64,000 bases of DNA from NCBI RefSeq assembly GCF_009914755.1, contig NC_060938.1; one strand, written 5' to 3'. A program made the position numbers and the translations under genes. This DNA comes from the human T2T-CHM13v2.0 reference genome, Homo sapiens. Each line of letters begins with the position of its first letter. Position 1 is the stretch's first letter. This document shows positions 52,249 through 64,000 of the stretch, piece after piece. The notes under the pieces are model-generated. The model ran no database searches and was not told the DNA's origin. It saw nothing but the letters and a program-made list of their open reading frames with translations.

Positions 52249-53567
52249 TTAAGTCTCATATGCGGTGATGACGAACCTGAGGGTTTTGAATGTTTTTGCA
52301 CATGACAGAGTTTCTGGCTCTTAGAACATCAGGTCCCATAAGAGCAAGAACTCAAAGATCTGAAAGAAACAAACGCAGAGAAATGAAGTGACTTACCCAA
52401 GATCAGCAAACTGGTATTCTAATTTGAACCTTGCACTTTTTTGAGACCACGTGAGTTAAACATGATTAAACATGAAATGCTTTGGCTAAGTTTTTCTGAG
52501 GGTCTGGCGTAGAACTCTTGGGGGTGCCAGTGCTAAAGCTCCCCTCAAAGCCATATACCTCTAGGGATCGAGGGAAGAAATTCTCCTACCTCTGGTCTCT
52601 GTGGGCTGAAAGAGTGAGATGCCCACACAAGAGATGCTGGAAGCCCTGGCTCAGCTAGCAATATAAGTGCTGGTAATTAATTCACTTGTGGTTTCTTTAT
52701 CTCTGCCCAGAGGTGGGATGCTTGGAAAGACAGCAAAATAATTTAAGGAAATTGAGGCTCAGCTCTGGTTGCCTGCTTGCTGCCCTTCCTTCTGCCTTCA
52801 ACTCTCTAGGACTGGGGGTGGGGGCTGTGTCTGTGCTCTGAATGCTTGCTGTGCATCAGTTTTCCAGGAATTTCAGGACACAGGAATTATCACCCAGCTG
52901 TGTTGTGTGTTGCTGTTCAGCAATCTGAAGTTGCTTATCTAGCGTAAGTCAGAACGGGGAGCCTAGGGAGGAGGGGCAACGCCTTCATTTTTCTAAGCAG
53001 AAGAGACTGAGGTGTTAGGGGCCCAGCTGGTATGCGATGGGAACCAAGAAATGGAGCCTATGTGGACATGCATGCTTTACACAAATTCTCTCGCTGAAAC
53101 TCGGGAATGTTATCAGAAAGCTATCTCTTTCCACCTCATCCAACAACAATGCACACTATTTGAGGTTCACTGTGTGTCAGGAGAAGCACTGGTGGTAAGA
53201 CTGGTGAGCAAGACAGGCACATCCTGCAGCTTAATTAACCAAGCAATTATAGAGTGGTGTATGCATTAAAGGAGACATATGTGTAACAGTGGTCTCTATG
53301 GGTTTATTGGTCTCTCTTCACATATGGCAGAGAAAAGACCCTGTGAAGTTCAGGAGTGTGATTAAGGTACTCCAAGAAGTCACACACAGGAGGTCCAGGG
53401 CTTTTACTGGACTCACTGTTCTTGGACTGGCTCTCCTAGCCTGGGTCTGTTGGCTGAGGACCACAAATGAAGCCAGCAGACTTAGGACTTACGCTTCTAA
53501 GTTTAGTGCCCAGCTCTAATCATGCTCCTGAGTAGGCCTTGATGATGCACTTTAATTTCATCCAAGT

Positions 53568-53921
53568 TGAAATGGTTTGGCTCTGTGTCCCCAGCCAAAT
53601 CTCATTGTAGCTCCCATAATTCCCACATGTTGTGGAAGGGAGCCGGTGGGAGATAATTGAATCATGGGGGCAGGTCTTTCCCATGCTATTGTCATGATAG
53701 TGAATAAGTCCCCCAAGATCTGATGGTTTTAAAAACGGGAGTTTCCCTGCAAATGATCTCTTCTCTTGTCTGCTGCCATGTGAGATGTGCCTTTCACCTT
53801 CCACCATGATTATGAGGCCTCCCCAGCCATGTGGAACTGTAAGTCCAATAAACTTCTTTCTTTTGTAAATTGCCCATTCTCGGGTATGTCTTTATCAGCA
53901 GCTTAAGAGTAGACTAATACA
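53568..53921 (+). mobile_element. THE1 (THE1B-like) solo LTR with 5-bp TSD
   Basis: tgaaatggtttggctctgtgtcccc ... gactaataca; TSD caagt at 53563-53567 and 53922-53926. Confidence 0.9.
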
Positions 53922-54647
53922 CAAGTCTTATGATTTATTCCTTCTTATTTTGATTGGGTAAATTTAATAATAATGACAGTTAACTAATTCTCATGAAGCA
54001 CTTACTATGTGCTGGGGACTGGCCTAAGTATGTTCATGTGTGACTTCTTTCATTCTCCCAATCGCTTCCACCCAGGAAGGAGGTGGTGGTTGTCCTGGCT
54101 TTACAGATGAGGAAACTGTAGCTGAAGAGAGAAAGCATCTGTCTAAGGAAAGAGCCCAGGCAGTGGATGTGGAATTTGAGCTCTTTACTCATCTCTCTCT
54201 CTCACCCCCTATTCAATCTGGCATTGAATGGGGGCGGGGGGGCTCCTGTGGATATCAGTGACTGAACCTTGTCCTCGGCTGGCCCAGCTGGGGGGTCTCT
54301 AGCATGCAAAGACACTGCCAGTATTCATTGACCTGTCTTTTGACCTTCTCCCTCTCCTGCACATAACTGATTTTGCTCTGCTCTGATCCTGATTCAGACA
54401 CATGTTCTTCAAAGAGAAACATACAAGCTGCCCTGGACTGCTTTTTATTCTGTTGTCTTATTCCATCTCATTGGCCATCATTGAGATGGATCTAGAACGA
54501 TGCTTGGGCTGGAATCGCATATTCTCTCCATCTTTTAAAATCTATGACCTCCAGGTAATCTTTGTTACTGTTTTTGTTAGTCTGTTGTCCACCACTATCC
54601 AAAAGGCTTTTTGTCAAGATTTAGTGAAAATCTTTTACTTGTATTAA

Positions 54648-54701
54648 ATTGTAAAGTGAATATTATTTCAATTACATTGTAAAGTGAATATTATTTCAAT
54701 T
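54648..54701. repeat. Tandem 28-bp duplication attgtaaagtgaatattatttcaatt(ac)
   Basis: Direct reading. Confidence 0.9.
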
Positions 54702-56939
54702 TATATATTTCCCCAACTCATGCATTTTATTGCTTTACCCCTTCCCCCTCTTAAGCATCACAATCCAACCTCCTTTTATGAAACTGACTTAGGGAGGCAA
54801 GGTGACTTACAATGGGCCACTCAGGTAGCAAGTGGCTTGGGACTGGGACTAGAACTCAAATATCCTAACTCCCAGCCTAGCACTCATTCTCCTACATCAC
54901 TCTGAAAAAAGATTTTGGCTAAGGAGAATTGATTGATTCAAAAGAACATCAATTGCCAAGCACAATCAGGGGTGATCAAAACAGTTATGGCGCCTGTCTG
55001 CAATGAACTTACAAATGAGTGGATTTTTTTTATGGAAAACATAAACCAATAAGTGTGTAATTACTTGTGATGAGTGCTGTAGATGGAAAGAACAGAGTGA
55101 GGGGAAATCTAATGAAAACCAGGGTAGTCAGGGAGGTGTTTCTGAGGAGGTGACATCCAAAGATGAGAAGGAGCAGGGGAGAAAGCCAGGCAGCGGGGCT
55201 GTATGTGTTCATTGTCATTTGCTTGGCTGAAGAACAAGATTGGTTAGTTTGATATCGTTGGCCAGAACTATGTCTTTCACTTTTATGTATTTGCTTGGAG
55301 TATGGTTGATGGGTAGTGATGGATGGATGGATAGACGGATGGGTGGAGGACTGACTGGGGTTGGGGAAAGAGAGAAGCCATCAGTGTGATAGGATGAGGG
55401 CAGCTCACCTTGGCTGGTAAGTGGACACACACATGGCCCTCTCCTTCCAGAATGCAGAATCTTGGAGGTAAGGATTCAGGGGTAGAATGTCTATGTAAAG
55501 GAAGCTCTGTTGTGGGAGAAGGGTAAAAATGAAGGGCTGCTGGGACTAGAAAGCAATAATGTAATTTGCCACCAGCCTTGAGAAACTTATTGCTCGAATA
55601 GCTGCACCGTGTGGCTCCCACCCATAGTGCCATAGATCAGCCTGAAAATTCCCAAATAGCTTCTCCTCCTCCTTAATGTCTCAGTCCTGCCCTCCCAGGT
55701 CCTCCCACCTGCCACAGTTTGTTTTCTCGGTACATGAAGAGAAAGGGGTTGTTGTCTTGATAGATCTCTGCTCTTCAGCTGTTGTTGCCAGGGACATTTA
55801 TGTTCCAGAACATCTAAAAGGTTCTCAACTTAGAGGAGTAGTGGAAAATCTGAGGCTGGGGAGTCAGCCTGATTCTTGATGGGCCATTCTTCCTTGATTT
55901 TAGGCTAGCATCTATTGACCTCTTACTACGTTTCGGGCACTGTGAATAGCTTCACCTTTTATTCCCATTTTACAGATGAGGAGACGGAAGCACAGAGACT
56001 TCCCGATCTACCCTCCACCCAGTAGTACAAAGATACACAAGGCGCTAGAGTGAAGTTTTTCCATCCTGCATGAAAACAATAAAAATAAACAATGTAGTAC
56101 ATTTTTGGTGAAGTCACTTTTTTTTTTTAGTTTATGGGATATGCCCTTTTATTTTGGGGATGTGAAAAGACCTTTTCTTTTTAAGAGAATATGATGATAT
56201 AAAGTGTCAGTTTTTAGTTTTTGTTCTTTCTTGGTAGTAGAGAAATACAGTTAGCCAATGTTAGTTTCCAAAATTGCTTTAAATATATTAGAGGTAAATA
56301 AACTCTGTTAATCTGAAGATGACTGTTGCAGATGTTAGCTTCGTTTCCTTTAGGAGTAAAGTATTTGTATGATTTTATCCACTTTTTATTCTGATCATTT
56401 ATCAGAAAAAATTGCAAATAGTAGCTCTGAGACCATATAATTTATTTTTATTCAGCATTAATCAAGATACTTTGATTGTACAGTTTTGACCCTGAGGCCC
56501 TTTACCTCTATGTTGGCATAATCGGAATTAGACAAAGACTGCAGCATTTTTATCAATGGAGTATTTTTCAGAAGCAAACAGTACGGGGGTCATATAATTC
56601 CTCGATTCATTTTTTCTTCAGCACAGTTAAACCATTCCTTATTTTTTTCAATTCAGTTTTATCTTACTGAATTATTTTTAACAAGATCAATTCTGCTCCA
56701 TATGTATTCTATAGTGAAGATTTGATTCATCAATCAGTTATTTTTCGTGTGCCTATCAAATTTTACCGACACGGCTTCTACTATTGTGAATGTTCTTTTG
56801 TGGCCATTATTTCTGCCACATCCAATTTTCTCACATCAGATTTGCAGGTCTAAATTTTGTCAAGAATGTTTGATCCTTCCTTCAATTTTTTAGTTAATAA
56901 CAAATTTCACCATGCGCATTTTTAGCTGCTGTCAGTTCT

Positions 56940-56943
<4 letters not shown>

Positions 56944-56992
<49 letters not shown>
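56944..56992. repeat. (TG)n microsatellite, about 24 units
   Basis: Direct reading. Confidence 0.95.
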
Positions 56993-56996
<4 letters not shown>

Positions 56997-59365
56997 CTGA
57001 CAGGTCTAATTTTTTTCCGGGTCAGTTTTTGCAGTTTGAAAAACCAAATCTTCTTCCTACAACTAACGTCAGTCCCTTTCCTAATAGTTTCTCAGGAATG
57101 TGTCCAAAACATATTCATGAAGTCAAAACGTCAGGACCAAAATAGCCTGTGTTGTTTATAGAGACCAGCCACTCAGAAGGATTAAGAAACTTACCCGAGG
57201 TCATACATAAAGTGGGCAGCAGATATCTGTTGGGTCACTATAGAATCTACAGCCCCTCTTGTTCAGTGAGGGGCAGAGTAAGGATGTAAAATTGGGATGA
57301 GCTTGACGTTGTGCCTTCCTCCTTCTAGCTTCTGCTTCCCAACCCCTCTGCTGAGCTAACAGAATTTCCACTGACCCAGCCTCCCCAAGAAATGGCAGCT
57401 GGGGCCACAGTTCCAAGCCTCTTGACTTCTCCATGCTTCCTAGCTAGGTCCGCCTTAAGCTGTATGTGCAGTGGGGTGGCATGATTTACAAATAAGCAGG
57501 ACCAAAAAGGAAAAATCCTCTCTTGTGGAAAATTAGGTCAGTGGCAGAGTTGGGGAGGGGAGGGAATCTGGGCCCTGTTCTTCTATCCTTTGGTTCATTC
57601 CCCTTTCCTGAAGCCAGCAGGGCAGAAACTGATGGTGCTGTTGGGAGCAGACATCTGGGGGTGAGGGGGTGGGGAGCAGTGCCCGTTCACGTGTTCTTGT
57701 GTGGATATGTGTGAGCATGAAAGTGGTCTGTTTTGCAGCCACTTGGGACTCCCCTCTCTCTGAATGTATTTGTCTGGATTACTCTAAGGGGGATATTAGT
57801 GTTGTCTAATAACGGCCTTAGATTTATCAGGGGATTTGTTTGATTAATTCCAAAGCAAAGTACAGCAGATAGATTAGAGCTCAGCCAGTGCAGTGGGTCT
57901 ATACCACCCATCTCTGCCCTTTCTAATTCCTGTTGCGGGGGCTTCCCTCTCTCGTCTTTGTTGTCTTGATGGTTGAAGGCTCTAGTGTTTAAGACCCCAC
58001 TGTGTGATAGTTAAAACCATTTCCCACTGCTAAAATGCATGAGTGAGTGTCTGGGCTTAGAGATAAATCTCCAAGTTCACACTGTTGTTTCTCTACAAAA
58101 GCTGCAGAAATTTGGCTACTTGCTTTTCTTTCCCAGTTGCCACTGCCGTACTCTTTTTCTGAATACTAAAAATGTTTTATTGCATTTATAAACACAAGCT
58201 TTTGGTGATAGGTTGGCACTGAGTCTTTTCTTTATTGGGAAGTTGTAGGTCAGGGGCAGGAGTAGAGAATCCTGTATGTTTGCTTTACAATTTTTTTTCA
58301 AGGTGCACCTGTTTAAAAGTGTGTAGAGAGGAATGAACTAGGGGAGGTTAGAAGTAGGTTAGACTTAATAGGTTTTTGTTAAGTTACCCAAAACCAGTGG
58401 TGGTAGGTGGCATCCTGGTGCCTGCTAGAGTTGTGGAGAGGGGAGAGGACACTGATGAGGTGACGAGACAGATGATATATTAAGAGTTAGCAATAAAACA
58501 CATTTGTATGGCATTTTATATTTTTAAAGCATTTTTATATACATTATCTCATTTGAGTATCAGCCCCCTAAAATATATTCTTCTATTTAATATAAAAGAA
58601 ATACTGGCACAAAGAGTTCAAGGTCATTCAATGAACTAGTGACTTTTAGAACTGAAACCACCTCTAAATCCAGTGCTTGCTCTCACCATACTCTTAATGT
58701 TGGATTCTTCTCCCAGACTCCCAGTCCAGGGTACCAGTACCCCAGCAGAGGCACAGTGGGAAAAGCAATGACCTGGGATGCAGATGACCTCAATTCTGAT
58801 TTCAGCTCCAAAATTGTCCAGCTGAGTGTACGTGTTAATTCCTCTCTCTTGGATCTGTGTTTCCTCTTCTGTGCCTAAAAGTGTCCTGGACAACTCTACA
58901 GCACTGATCACAATGATAATTAATTAGTTGCTTGTCTGATTATTTGTGGCCCATCTTCCTGGCTAGACTCTAAGTTCCAAGAGTGCAAGACCTGTGTCTG
59001 TCTTGTTCATCTGCCATCACCCCAGTGCCTAGCACCATCCCTGGGACATAGATAATGTGAAAAGAATATATGTCAATGAAATGAACCTGTACAATGAAAG
59101 GAATGGACCTTACTTGAAGTCCTAAGACTCTTCCACTTTTCAAATTCTCTGCTTTTTCTCTGTTATCTCTGAAACAATCTGAGAAACACCTCCTTTTTTT
59201 GTTTTTACTGTTTTTAAACTGTCTTTAGAGTACAACAGAAATTATAAGATAAAAATAGTGATTAATAATAATTCTAATTATAATTCACAAACATATTATT
59301 AATATGTGAATGTGAAATCGAAATGCTTTTTAGGGACTCTCTCTCCTCTTACTTAATCTGTGTTT

Positions 59366-59663
59366 CTTTCTTTCTTTTTTTTTGAGATGGAGTCTCACTC
59401 TGTCGCCAGGCTGGAGTGCAGTGGTGTGATCTCACCTCACTGCAACCTCTGACTCCCTGGTTCAAGCGATTCTTCCACCTCAGCTTCCTGAGTAGCTGAG
59501 ATTACAGGCACATACCACCACGCCCAGCTAATTTTTGTATTTTTAGTAGAGACAGGGTTTCACCTTGTTGGCCAGGATGGTCTTGATCTCCTGACCTCAT
59601 GATCCGCCCACCTTGGCCTCCCAAAGTACTGGGATTACAAGCATGAGCCACCAAGCCCAGCCT
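59366..59663 (-). mobile_element. Alu (Sc-like)
   Basis: Antisense Alu; TSD taatct(ct)gtgtttctt. Confidence 0.88.
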
Positions 59664-60476
59664 AATCTCTGTGTTTCTTGGAAGCAGAACGTCTCCTTAT
59701 CTGGGTTTCTGAGCTCCCTCTGGAAGGGCCTCTGCAGACTCCTGTTGAGCCTTCAGAATGGGACTGGTACTCATTAGTAGGCAATATGCATGGGCCTCAG
59801 ACTCAAAAAAAGATTCTTTTAGGTCCAGAGCTTTACAACACCTCCTTACTTTACAAAGAAGAAGAAATCAACCTTGCTTATTTTTTTTTAATGGGAGAAA
59901 TGGAGGGGTACAAAGGAAAGCTGAAAAGCTGCCAAGGGGCTTAGAAGTAAGAGAGTCTTCTAATAGGGCTACTGACTTTCTTCTGGGGTTCCCCAGGTCA
60001 CTAGAAACTCATTCTGTCAGGGCAAGGATCCATTGGGAGGCATTCAGTTGAATGCTGTCTTGAGCCACTATGTTACCCCTTCCTTCTCAAGTTCATTGCA
60101 AACCGTGCTAATCAACCATAAAGTTCTTTCTATCCCAGGCCCATGTCTAGCTTCAAACTCTTTCTTAACACAGTATTCCAGGTTGTCAACAATCAAAGAA
60201 CAGGGAATTAGTATGTGCTGAGCATGGTGTCAGGCAGGTCATTAAGCATTTTATATACAATTGATTCTTTTGATAAGCTTGACAACTCTGGAATTGATAC
60301 AATGACTCCCAATTTATAGATGAAGTTTAAGGGACTTATCTAAGGTCACATAATGAATAGCAATATTGGCATTTGAGCTCAAAACTTTCTACATACCTCT
60401 CAGTGAGCCCAGCCCTCAGGGGTGTCCATCTGCCCATGGGCCCATATGGTGAAATGTCTTTACAAAAAATTCCTCA

Positions 60477-60740
60477 GCTAGGTACAGTGTCTCACATCTG
60501 TAATGCCAGCACTTTGGGAAGCTGATGTGGGAGGATTGCTTGAGGCCAGGAATTTAAGAACAGCCTGGGCAACAAAGTGAGACCCCTCTCTGTACCAAAA
60601 GATAAAAAAAAATGTTAGCCAGGCATGGTGGCCATGTGCCTTTAGTCCCAGTTACTTAGGTTGAGCTGGGAGGTCCACTTGATCATGCAGCTGTACTCTA
60701 GCTTGAGTGACAACAAGACACTGTCTCTTAAAAAAATAAA
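60477..60740 (+). mobile_element. Degenerate Alu (J-like) with internal deletion
   Basis: Alu left arm, linker and shortened right arm. Confidence 0.75.
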
Positions 60741-62285
60741 AGATTTCTCTCCACTCAGTTGTTGCTGTCCATCCTGTGGGGGCACTTTGAGATTTCTCCA
60801 ATCAAAGACTTTGAAGCGTTCTCTGTCAACTCTAAATCCCCCATTAGTGCTAAGTATGATAATAGAAGACCATGTAGGACCACACTATCATGTTTACATC
60901 GTCTCTTGGTTCATAAGATTGGTGACTAACAGCAATGCAGAGCCGTCTTTTTGAGTCTCCAGTGCCTAAGTCAGTGTCTGGCATGTAGCACCTGGTCAAT
61001 AAATGTTAGCTATTTTGAATAGAACCAGACACAAAGGCTCATGATGAGAACAAAAAAAGGGTGAGGATAAAGGCTTGTGGTAAATTGTAAACCTCCCCAG
61101 CTTTTCTGAGAATCCCAAAGCCAGCCCTTCTCAAACTGTGTTCTGTGAGATGTTACTAGATGTTTAATGAGGGGATTGAGGGGGAATTTTCAGTGATCTA
61201 AAAACATATATCCCCTATGGACTATATCTCCTTTTGGACTCCACAGTGTATCTTAGTATGGATGAAATCTTCTGAAGACTTGGGATATTAAAAAACAAAC
61301 TTGGTGTGCTCTAAATTTACTGGACCACCGTTTTGTTTTGTTTTGTTTTGTTTTTTTTTCAAAGAACAACTGTTCACATCTTGCTGGATGTTGTGATGTT
61401 GTATTTTTATGGAATTTAGTTTTGGATATGCTACCCCAGCTTTTAATCCTTTCTCTGAAATATGGCTCCTGAGATCCCACGCAGCACTGGACGTTGTACA
61501 TACAACAATGCACATTATACTCTAAAATACTTAATGACCATCAGTTCCTTCCATACTTTCCAGTGGTCTCAGCGAGCACACACTGATTTCTTGAAATTTG
61601 TCCTGGTGTCCCAGAGGATGATAGATTTGGGTGGTGAGACCAGTAAGGGAAGAAATATTTGTGGATGGAAGTATGGTACTGTGGGAAGGAAAACGAGTTT
61701 GGAGTCAGAGAAATCGGAGTTCACATCCTGGCTATTATTTATGAGATGCCTGAACTTGGGGGATATTAACTTCCCTGAGCCTTAGTTTCCTTGTCTGTTA
61801 AGTGGGGTAACAACAGTATCTACATCAGTAGGATTAAATGAGGTTATTTACATACACTATAGTTGCAGGGGCCTGGTATACAGGAAGCACTCAGTAAATG
61901 GCAGGGATTATAATAGATAATAATCCCTGCCACGCTGTCTTCTGGGTCATGTTTTTCACATTTCTTTTATGATGTTATTGTGAATAGGGATCCCACTAAA
62001 ACCTTTTTTTGACACTAAGATCTAGCATATTGGCTAACAAGGAATTGCCCCTCGTTAGTATTTCTGGAGTGAATAAACGAATGATATAGCACTCTGTTGT
62101 TTACAAAGCACTTACATATTTGTGGCCTCATTCAAACCTCACAGCAACCTGGTCATGTACTTACTGTCATTATTCCCAGTAGTTGGGGATATGGAAAATG
62201 AAGCTCACAGAGGCTCAGTTGGCAAAAGTCACACAGCTAGTAGGAAGCTGGAAAGTCAGGCCTCAAAGCCAGGGCTTCTGTAACT

Positions 62286-62690
62286 AAAATGTGGACTGTA
62301 TACACAATGGAATATTATTCAGCCTTAAAAAGGAAGAAAATTCTGACACATGCTACAACATGAATGAACCATGAGGACATTATGCTAAGTGGAATAAGCC
62401 AGTCATAAAAAGACAAACACTGTGTGATTCCACTTATATGGGGTACCTAGAATGGTCAAGTTCATAGACATTGAAAGTACATTGGTAGTTTTCAGGGGCC
62501 AGTGGGAGGGGGTAAAGGGAATTAGTTTTAATAGGTAAAGAGTTTCAATTTTGCAAGATGGAAAGTGTGGAAGTGGACAACGGTGGTGGTTGTACAACAT
62601 TACGAATGTACTTAATACTACTGAACTGTACACTTAAAGATGGTTATGATGGTACATTTCATGTTATGTGTATTTCATCACAATTCAAGA
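62286..62690 (+). mobile_element. L1MB-like 3'-end fragment
   Basis: tacacaatggaatattattcagccttaaaaagg...actgaactgtacacttaaa. Confidence 0.8.
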
Positions 62691-63841
62691 AAACTGGGAA
62701 AACAAAACTAGCACCAGGGCTTCTGACTCCAAACTGAGGTTTCTTTCCCACACCCCGTATCACCATCCCCTACAGAGCAGCTATAGTATGCCTCCTCTTC
62801 TAAGACACTTTATTTTGTATTGAATTGAAAAGTTTGCAGAACTCACCTCCACTGAAACCCTAGAAGACCCACCTGCTTCTCCTAGAACATTCATCCTGTT
62901 GGCCTAAACTCTGGGAAGTCGGAGTCTTTCCAGAGAGTAGGGAATTCTTTGAAAGAGGGCAGATCCTCTGTCTCAAGGAAATCACTGGGGTCAAGTAATG
63001 CAATAATTGTGATTGCCAGCCTCAATGACTACTTCTTTTGTGCCAGACACCTTGCTAAGTGCTTTTGCGTATGTTAGTTCTTTATAATGCTTACATCAGT
63101 CCTACCAGGCAAGTAGACTGTCCCCATTTTACAGATGGGGAGGTTAGGGCTCGAAGAGATTGGCTAACATGCCTGAGCTCATGTGTGCAAGAGCCAGGAT
63201 TGTCATCCAAGTCTACCTGACTCTAGAACCTGCCTCTTAACCTCTATCCTATCTATGGTGGGGGCAGAGAAATTGGAGATGTCTGTGTCTAGAGTGTTTT
63301 CCAACATAGGAATTGACAGATTTCTCTCTCCTCCTGTGACACACTTTTCTCTCTCCTACCAGATGATGGGACATCTCATTTAGGCCAGTTTCTGTTTTGA
63401 TTTCCTGGTGTCCTCTGAGATGCAGATGTGTATTCCTTTCCCTGGTGGGTCGTGCTGCAGTGTGAGAAGGACAGCTTCCATTTCTTTCCCTAGGAAGTTG
63501 ATATATGCATCCTGTTTCCTGGCAGTGCCCATCTGCTATGAGGACTTTCCCAAGGCCCTCACCCTGCCGTGTGGGAGACTACTGCAGGTGCCAACCTCAT
63601 GGCCTAAAGCTGGGAAATATTATTTGGCTGGAAATGCCTTTTGTTTGCAAGGCTTAAACAGGTCAATAGAAGCTCAACTTGTCATTTTCAGTTTACAAGA
63701 GATGTGTCAACAAGCCAGCAGAAACAGTAATAATTTCAATAAGTTTCCTGAATGTTTACTATGTGCCTGGCATTGTGCTGAACAACTTTATATGGATTAT
63801 TTCACTTAATCCTCACAATAGTCATATAAATTAGGGACAAT

Positions 63842-64000
63842 CAGTTCTGTTACAACACTTGTTTTGAAAATGCAAATTTGTTCTAATGCAATTGATGTAT
63901 TAGGGAACATTTTGAGCATAATAATTTCGCTTTTGATTATGCAGGATTTTGTCCATAAGAAACACTAGGTGAAGGCAGAAAACTGCAGCCAGCAGAAGCA
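63842..64000. mobile_element. Probable Tigger-type DNA transposon end
   Basis: cagttctgttacaacacttgttttgaaaatgc...; weak recognition. Confidence 0.35.

Overview
Human (primate) genomic DNA from the 5' part of the neurexin-3 gene (NRXN3), transcribed on the + strand. The only coding exon I can support spans 35465-36876 and consists of a 703-nt 5'UTR plus 709 nt encoding the alpha-neurexin-3 signal peptide, LNS1 (laminin-G) domain and EGF1 domain. The rest is intronic: many Alu, L1, L2, MIR, LTR and DNA-transposon relics, microsatellites and a decayed RPS26 processed pseudogene. No prokaryotic-type system (CRISPR, operons) is present. Most interesting observations: (i) a 40-aa uORF in strong Kozak context carrying MGxxxS and C-terminal CxC motifs, with internal acceptors that could skip it; (ii) back-splicing of this Alu-flanked exon would give LNS1-EGF1 a 20-aa hydrophobic, GPI-signal-like tail; (iii) a candidate intronic terminal exon giving a secreted mini-neurexin; (iv) an L1PA insertion with a 66-bp 3' transduction, later interrupted by an AluYb8-lineage element; (v) local templated duplications and hairpins (71-bp inverted repeat, 59-bp direct repeat, perfect 21-bp hairpin). 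Repeat subfamily names and boundaries were assigned by eye and are approximate.
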